From: Patescibacteria group bacterium
Lineage (GTDB): Bacteria > Patescibacteriota > Dojkabacteria > JAKAPS01
NCBI GenBank assembly: GCA_025450075.1
Contig: JANWIC010000007.1
Span: 39,289 to 103,288 of the forward strand
Direction of reading: 5' to 3'
DNA length: 64,000 nucleotides
The position numbers were made by a program, and so were the translations under genes. Under the pieces are notes generated by a model, which did not search any database, was not told the origin of the DNA, and saw nothing but the letters and a program-made list of their open reading frames with translations. Positions within the stretch are counted from its first letter, which is position 1. Each line of letters begins with the position of its first letter. Positions 58,304-64,000 of this stretch are shown here, in pieces.

Positions 58304-60673
58304 TTAACCGTTTACTAATGTATTAAAATTTGTAATATATGCTTGTACATCTCCTTGCATCTTTTTAATATCACCATGTGATTGTGTTATCGCATTTTGT
58401 ATTTGCTGCATTGCAGATACATCTACGTTTCCATTTAACAATCCCGATATATTTGAAATATCTGTCCCAATTGTCGAGACATCTCCAGACACAGCATCAT
58501 TATCCTTTTGTATGAAAGTTGTATCATAATTTTTCAGCTTTGCAAATATTGTTGCTTTCGTTATTACCTCCGATACATTGGAAAGTGAGGCATCAGCTAC
58601 TTTCAAGTATGCAAGATGCATGAGAGCATATGCCTTAGGAATGTCAATTTCATAAATATATTTTGTGACAATAGATTTAAGAATTGGAACTAATTGTGAA
58701 TCAATTTGAGTATTGTTATTAAATTCATCTATTTGTGATTTAAAACTATTCAAGCTTGCAGTATCACTTGTTAAAAGATTAAGTGCAGTTTGAACTTCAC
58801 TCGATTTTGCTACACTCGAATTTTTGAGGTCATTTTCAGTGGTAGCAATTGCGCTAATCCTTTCATTAACAAACAAATCTCCTTGTGCCTTTACATATGC
58901 AAGTTTCGTTTGAGGAGTATTTTGAATAGTTGGAGTCGGGATTGGTGCTTCTGTTGGTGTCGGTAATGGAGTATAGACGACAGGTGCTACAGTTGGAACA
59001 GGTGTTGAGGTTGGTTTAATAGTTGTTGGTGTTGGCGTAGATGTTGCTGTTGGTTTTGGATTCGAAGTTGGGGATGGTACTGTTGTTGGAGTCACTGTAA
59101 CGGTCTGAATAGGTGTAAAGGTAATATTTGATGTCCCTGGTGCTTGGAACGGTGGCATTTGAACGAGGCTTGCTAAGCTTGACCAGTCAGTCGGTGAAGC
59201 TGGTTGGCTTGCTGGAAGAACTTCCATTCCCATATTATCCCAATGTCTTTCATCACTAAACTTAAATTCATTTATCCAGTAGGTTTCATATGGTTGATAT
59301 TTCGGAAGGTCAAATTGTTCATCTTTCGGATATTCGGTATGAATAAAATATGCCTTTGCCTGGGTAAATCCAAGTCCTCCAGGAATATCACTTTGTATGA
59401 CCATCTTACCGTCTTCAAAAAGCGCAGCATGTGTTTGGCTTACAAATAGATCAAATCGTGACCTGTTATCAAATCCTCTTCCATCTCCTCCTATTCCTGA
59501 TGTTCTTGGACAATAGAGGTGTGAACCGGCAGCACCCCAGAAGGAAAACATTCCCCCAGATGGGTAATATACATCTCCACTACATGTTCCATCAAAAATA
59601 CCAATGTATAATGCGTTGTTGCTGGCATTTGGCCTAAAAGGCACAAACGCATCTTCTTCCAATTTTATATTGGGATCATTTACAGGTGCTAAAGCAAACC
59701 TCATCCATCTGCCGATATTATCGACATGTGAATCAACCTCCATTGTTAAATGTACTATTTGTCCATTGCTGAAATCTAGAGTAGGACTTGGAGACATTCC
59801 CATTGAAGAAACAAGCACATGCAGTGGATCATTACTTCCAGGAGTTCCGCCATCAAAAAGGACATCCATAAAATGGTCATCCATGATAAATGGCATTGAA
59901 TTCGTTGTATCAGCCTGCTGGTAGAAAATATCCCATGCATTTGATTTTCCGGAATTGATAGTATAATGGGCTGTTCCTGCATTCGGGTCAGGAGATCCTA
60001 TTTCTTTAATTGAAGGTGCTTCGGAATCAGGAAATGTATCAAAAAAGGTTTGAGTCGCATTCTTCGTAGATGGTATTGCCTGGAACGTCGGGTTTGCCTG
60101 TACAACAAATGGAGTACTTGCTGCAATTACATTTGGTGTATTCGTATAGGGACCTTGTCCGTTAATGGAACGGTTACCATCCTGGGTTTGTCCAGAATTA
60201 GATCCTAGCATGCCTCCTAATGCAAGTTGAGGGAATAGGGCAGCATTACTGCTGTTATATAAGTTACCTGGAGGTACTGGTCCTATTGAGTCAAGCGCTT
60301 CAACAACTAACGTATGAGGTTTGTTATCACCAAGAAGATTCCATTCAATTTCGGTAGCAGGAACATCGGTATTACCGCTGACATGGACAAGCCCGGCATA
60401 TTTAACTACCGACGGGTTTGCTACATCAAAGGCACGGTAATCAGCAGCACCCTGAACAGGGTTAAAATCAATTTTGACACTACTATTGTCTGCTTGTACT
60501 CCGGTAACCACTAATGAGCCTGTAGAGGCGAGGGCACTTTTAAATGGTTTACTAAGATTGGCACTATTGGAAAAATATATGAATGCGTCGAGTAGACCTA
60601 TTGTGATAAGACCTAGTATAACAACTGCTAGCGGTACTAGCTGAAATGTAATGCGTTTTCCGTTCTCTTCCAC
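58304..60673 (-). CDS. large membrane-anchored surface protein with P/T-rich linker
   Basis: N-terminal TM, beta-rich extracellular region, TPT/PT linker near aa 520-590 and a helical C-terminal domain. Confidence 0.8.
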   Translation of the reverse strand: MEENGKRITFQLVPLAVVILGLITIGLLDAFIYFSNSANLSKPFKSALASTGSLVVTGVQADNSSVKIDFNPVQGAADYRAFDVANPSVVKYAGLVHVSGNTDVPATEIEWNLLGDNKPHTLVVEALDSIGPVPPGNLYNSSNAALFPQLALGGMLGSNSGQTQDGNRSINGQGPYTNTPNVIAASTPFVVQANPTFQAIPSTKNATQTFFDTFPDSEAPSIKEIGSPDPNAGTAHYTINSGKSNAWDIFYQQADTTNSMPFIMDDHFMDVLFDGGTPGSNDPLHVLVSSMGMSPSPTLDFSNGQIVHLTMEVDSHVDNIGRWMRFALAPVNDPNIKLEEDAFVPFRPNASNNALYIGIFDGTCSGDVYYPSGGMFSFWGAAGSHLYCPRTSGIGGDGRGFDNRSRFDLFVSQTHAALFEDGKMVIQSDIPGGLGFTQAKAYFIHTEYPKDEQFDLPKYQPYETYWINEFKFSDERHWDNMGMEVLPASQPASPTDWSSLASLVQMPPFQAPGTSNITFTPIQTVTVTPTTVPSPTSNPKPTATSTPTPTTIKPTSTPVPTVAPVVYTPLPTPTEAPIPTPTIQNTPQTKLAYVKAQGDLFVNERISAIATTENDLKNSSVAKSSEVQTALNLLTSDTASLNSFKSQIDEFNNNTQIDSQLVPILKSIVTKYIYEIDIPKAYALMHLAYLKVADASLSNVSEVITKATIFAKLKNYDTTFIQKDNDAVSGDVSTIGTDISNISGLLNGNVDVSAMQQIQNAITQSHGDIKKMQGDVQAYITNFNTLVNG

Positions 60674-60728
60674 AGTACAGATTAATAACTCATTACCAAT
60701 ATATCACACTCTGGAAAATAATCAAGAT

Positions 60729-60801
60729 TCCAAGGGGTAGGAGTTGAACCTACTTAAACTGGTTTTACAGACCAGCGCATCAACCGTTCTGCCACCCTTG
60801 G
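60729..60801 (-). tRNA. tRNA-Tyr(GTA), archaeal/eukaryotic type (C1:G72, A73, 5-nt variable loop)
   Basis: CCAAGGG TG GCAG AACGGTTG ATGC G CTGGT CTGTAAA ACCAG TTTAA GTAGG TTCAACT CCTAC CCCTTGG A. Confidence 0.95.
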
Positions 60802-60812
60802 ATGACGTTGAT

Positions 60813-60841
60813 ATTTTAATGAATAATCGCTATATTGTCAA
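60813..60841 (-). promoter_or_regulatory. sigma70 promoter of tRNA-Tyr
   Basis: TTGACA-17 bp-TAAAAT. Confidence 0.8.
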
Positions 60842-60846
60842 ACTTT

Positions 60847-61338
60847 TTAATAGTCAAGGCTTTCCCATGGGAATACTGCCCACTCCTCCTTCTTAATCAT
60901 TGAAGCACTGAAGGATGGGGTCAGTAAAGGTGATTCACATTCTTTTTGGACAAGGGTGAGGATAGATGTTTGTTGAACTGAAAAGTTCCGTAAAAACTCC
61001 AAGAGTACGCTTAGCTTTTCTCCTCTTTCAATAATATTGTCTACTATGATTACTTTCTTCATGTTTAATTGCAAAATATCTTTCGGATACACTACACCTC
61101 CCTCTCCAATTTTAAAGTCATAAATCTCGCTCGTTTTTAGTAAATATGAGAGCATGGCGCTTGGAATAAGGCCTCCTTTATGAATAGTTATAATGCTATC
61201 AGGTTCAAAAGAAATTGAAGTAAGATATTTTTGAATAGCCTGGACATATGCCATGATATCGCTCCATTCCAAAAATACCTTGTTTGTTGTAACAGAGTAA
61301 TCCCGTTGTCCCTCGTAGTTATGCAGCAGCATGGTCAT
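60847..61338 (-). CDS. type I phosphoribosyltransferase-like protein
   Basis: IHKGGLIP, IIVDNIIERG (degenerate PRPP loop) and WAVFPWE. Confidence 0.82.
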   Translation of the reverse strand: MTMLLHNYEGQRDYSVTTNKVFLEWSDIMAYVQAIQKYLTSISFEPDSIITIHKGGLIPSAMLSYLLKTSEIYDFKIGEGGVVYPKDILQLNMKKVIIVDNIIERGEKLSVLLEFLRNFSVQQTSILTLVQKECESPLLTPSFSASMIKKEEWAVFPWESLDY

Positions 61339-62779
61339 GTATGATATCTAATGTTACTAATTCTTTAGTATCCAGGTCAAATTTTCTGATAAGATGGTTA
61401 TTTGTATCAGAAATGATGAGCTTATTATTATAATAGACTACATCACTCGGTTCATACAAAGGAAGAATATCACATGATTTACTATCGATATAGCAGACAT
61501 TCCCTTCACCTTTATGCAAGAGAGTTGCGACTAAACCATCTGCAAGATTAATTGTTCGTATTGCGTTGTTATATGTATCAGCAACATAGACAATACCTTG
61601 ATGAACTGCTACCCCTAAAGGATGCTGAAATAGCGCTTCATACACATTCCCGTCAGCAAACCCGAAGACAAATAAACCATCTCCTACCACCGTTGCTACC
61701 TGATAGGGAGGATTTAGAGAGATAGTGCGAATAGAAGATGTTTCACTATCTGCCACAAAAAGGATTGAATCCTGGATACTTAATCCGCTTGGTTGTGCAA
61801 ATGATGCTTGAAGTGCTAGACCATCAACGATATTTTCATACCTATTTCCTGCAAAAATTTCATATTTCTTTTCTATTAAATTATATTTTCCAATCTGATG
61901 TGTTCCTGCTAGCGCAAGATACAATATTCCATCTATGTGAACAACATCCCAAACGGATCTGAGTTCAGGAGTGTTAATTGTATTAACTTGTTTTGTTTTC
62001 AAGTTTACTGATCGAAGTATACCGTTTTGCGTGTCTGCTACATATATCAAATCTCCTACGAGAGCGACACCTTGAGGATGGTCAAATGATGCATTGGAAA
62101 AATCACCGTTATCTTTTCCTGCTACCATCGATCCGATTTTATCTGAAATCCTAATACATTCTTCTTCAAGTTTTCCAACCAATATAGAATTATTATTGGT
62201 ATTTGCAATTACAATCTTGTCATTTTCGATAGCAATCTTGCCAGGATAATATAGGTAGGGTTTTTCAATAGTTAGGGTCTGGATAGGAGAAAATTTAAGT
62301 TTTATTAAATGCTGCTTTTCTCCTTCGTGAAGCAAGCTTCGTATGTCTTTTTCAAGCTCATCTTTATGTCCTTCTCCAGTATATATTTTTCGAATAAAGC
62401 CACCTGCATCGATTACGATGAGGGTTGGCCAAGCATTGACCGCAAATGCATCCCATACTTGCCTGTTTTTATCTAAAATCACCGGATGAGAAATTTCATA
62501 CCTTCTTACTGCCTGCAATACGTTTTCATTATTATTTTCATTTGAGAATTTTGCACTATGTACACCAATAAACTGAACAGGATCATCATTAAATCTTTCT
62601 TCAAGTTCTCGTAAATCAGGTATAGTACGAATACAGTTAATACAACAATAGGTCCAAAAATCAAGTATGATAATATTGCCGCTTATATCCTGTTTTGAGA
62701 AAGGTTCAGTCGTGATATAATCAATATATTCTTCATGCAAAAAATCCGGTGCATGAATATGTTTAAAAAAGTTTGTCAT
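61319..62779 (-). CDS. thioredoxin-like plus NHL-repeat protein (NHLRC2/SOQ1-like)
   Basis: DFWTYCCINC, GVHSAKF, AWPT, and NHL repeats (PQG...YVADT; QPSG...VADSE; QHPLG...VADTYN). Start at 62779 preferred. Confidence 0.92.
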   Translation of the reverse strand: MTNFFKHIHAPDFLHEEYIDYITTEPFSKQDISGNIIILDFWTYCCINCIRTIPDLRELEERFNDDPVQFIGVHSAKFSNENNNENVLQAVRRYEISHPVILDKNRQVWDAFAVNAWPTLIVIDAGGFIRKIYTGEGHKDELEKDIRSLLHEGEKQHLIKLKFSPIQTLTIEKPYLYYPGKIAIENDKIVIANTNNNSILVGKLEEECIRISDKIGSMVAGKDNGDFSNASFDHPQGVALVGDLIYVADTQNGILRSVNLKTKQVNTINTPELRSVWDVVHIDGILYLALAGTHQIGKYNLIEKKYEIFAGNRYENIVDGLALQASFAQPSGLSIQDSILFVADSETSSIRTISLNPPYQVATVVGDGLFVFGFADGNVYEALFQHPLGVAVHQGIVYVADTYNNAIRTINLADGLVATLLHKGEGNVCYIDSKSCDILPLYEPSDVVYYNNKLIISDTNNHLIRKFDLDTKELVTLDIIHDHAAA

Positions 62780-62802
62780 AATATGAGTATACCACATAGG
62801 AA

Positions 62803-63039
62803 ATGATTAGAGTCTATGGAACAAAAACTTGTGCTGATTGTATAAGGGCAAAAATGTTCTTTGAACATTTTTCTATTCCTTATTCATTTATTGATATCGA
62901 AGAAGATGAAAAGGGAAAAGAAATAGTATATGAGAAGAATAAAGATAAAAACCACCGAGTTCCCGTTATCTTATTTGATGACGAGTCAGTATTAATCGAA
63001 CCTTCATTAAGCCAGTTACAAGAAAGGATGGGGATTTAA
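62803..63039 (+). CDS. glutaredoxin/NrdH-like redoxin
   Basis: VYGTKTCADC, RVP and EPS. Confidence 0.88.
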   Translation: MIRVYGTKTCADCIRAKMFFEHFSIPYSFIDIEEDEKGKEIVYEKNKDKNHRVPVILFDDESVLIEPSLSQLQERMGI

Positions 63040-63078
63040 CATTCAGATTTTGTATGCTATATTGGATGAAGAATAACC

Positions 63079-63516
63079 ATGAGTCAGAAAGAAATAGCGT
63101 TTAACACCTCAATACAAGATCATGATTTGCATGAATGGAGAATGATTTGTCATGCAAGTTCTCTTATTATGCTTATTGGTATCCCATACGGCAATCTTAT
63201 CGGACCATATATAGTTTGGCGATTAAAAAGAGATGAATATGGAGAAATTGATACGGAAGCAAAGGATTTGCTTAATTTCCAGATTCTTATTTCTATGATT
63301 ACAACCTTTTTATTTATCTGCATTATTGCGCTGGAGGTATTAATCACACTTTTTAATATGCTGCCTAGCACACAAATTCTTTTTGCCATCCCCATATTTA
63401 CTTTGATTCTTATGATTCTACTTATTGATGTGTTTTTTGTTGTTCGGCAATGCATTGCTATTCATGAGAACAGACAATTTCAACCATATCCACTTTTATA
63501 CCGATTCGTCAAATAA
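63079..63516 (+). CDS. DUF4870-family membrane protein
   Basis: MICHAS, GPYIVW, LNFQI and YPL. Confidence 0.8.
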   Translation: MSQKEIAFNTSIQDHDLHEWRMICHASSLIMLIGIPYGNLIGPYIVWRLKRDEYGEIDTEAKDLLNFQILISMITTFLFICIIALEVLITLFNMLPSTQILFAIPIFTLILMILLIDVFFVVRQCIAIHENRQFQPYPLLYRFVK

Positions 63517-63819
63517 CTAGTGCTCTCTTTGAGTTCTTGATGTTAACAGGACACCAATAATAAAATATCCGACTAGTCCGTATACGAGTAGGGCTAAAAG
63601 AGAAGAAAATTCAATAACAAACCCATTAATAACAGGAGTAGGGAATGCACCTTCAAATGGATGGATTAACCCTTGTGTATTGGTATATATCCAGGAAACA
63701 AAGGTGGAAGAAGAGCTTGCCCCAAACAGCCTGAAAAGAAATCGGATTACCAAAAGAATTTCAATAAATCCAAAGATAATTTCAACTAGGATAAGGAGCA
63801 TATATCGAACTGTATTCAT
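63517..63819 (-). CDS. YggT-family membrane protein
   Basis: RFLFRLFGA, FVSWIY..T..LIHPF and LLALLVY. AGGAGG RBS before ATG 63819. Confidence 0.82.
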   Translation of the reverse strand: MNTVRYMLLILVEIIFGFIEILLVIRFLFRLFGASSSSTFVSWIYTNTQGLIHPFEGAFPTPVINGFVIEFSSLLALLVYGLVGYFIIGVLLTSRTQREH

Positions 63820-63895
63820 GCAAATCACCTCCTTTAAAAATTGACTCAACTATCTTTATGGTATAGTATCAAAAGTGCTCAGTAAAATCTGTAAT

Positions 63896-64000
63896 ATGCA
63901 AACAATTTTTGATACAATCCTTTCTTTAATTCATGACTCTGGTGTCACTTTTACACTTCTTGAACATGAACAAGTCAGGACTAGTGAAGATGCAGCAAAG
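63896..64000 (+). CDS. YbaK/ProX aminoacyl-tRNA deacylase-family protein (partial, runs off the window)
   Basis: MQTIFDTILSLIHDSGVTFTLLEHEQVRTSEDAAK contains the H-x-x-V-x-T-x-E-x-AA N-terminal pattern. Upstream TTGACT and TGGTATAGT promoter elements. Confidence 0.65.
   Translation, partial: MQTIFDTILSLIHDSGVTFTLLEHEQVRTSEDAAK

Noticed and set aside
1-64000. Alternative genetic code (UGA=Gly as in Gracilibacteria/Absconditabacteria)
   Set aside because: Core genes are uninterrupted under code 11, and TGA ends rplN at its conserved C-terminus (45718-45720).
1-64000. CRISPR array, rRNA genes, transposase or integrase
   Set aside because: No repeat-spacer periodicity, rRNA-like sequence or recombinase motifs were seen by eye. 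Very degraded remnants could be missed.

Overview
Bacterial chromosome segment, almost certainly Patescibacteria/CPR (probably Microgenomates/Dojkabacteria-like; inferred from the missing rpmD, Shine-Dalgarno-poor starts, pilNO-type genes and divergent core proteins), standard genetic code. About 1-19 kb: a redox-rich region (Crp-family regulator with two class-II-positioned AGTGA-N6-TCACT boxes, an orphan cytochrome b, cyoABCD, and an ApbE/FMN-binding/NqrB-RnfD-like flavinylation cluster), plus an archaeal-type TyrRS and obg. About 19.3-25.6 kb: AT-rich accessory DNA with pseudogenes, ending at the 3' end of a tmRNA with an unusual 29-aa tag. About 26-55.7 kb: pilN/pilO-like genes, rpoBC and the str-S10-spc-alpha supercluster (extra ORF between fusA and tuf, TrmH-family methyltransferase inside spc, no rpmD or rpsD, rpoA without its alpha-CTD). 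About 55.7-64 kb: a dinB cassette with a direct-repeat operator candidate, tRNA-Pro(GGG), surface proteins, an archaeal-type tRNA-Tyr (C1:G72, short variable loop), thioredoxin-NHL, glutaredoxin and a partial YbaK-type gene. Highlights: (i) a matched archaeal-type TyrRS/tRNA-Tyr pair; (ii) an alpha-CTD-less, active-site-divergent RNA polymerase whose candidate activator sites all overlap the -35 region; (iii) a possible minimal Crp-linked membrane electron-transfer system. All calls come from manual reading and recalled family motifs; no searches were run.
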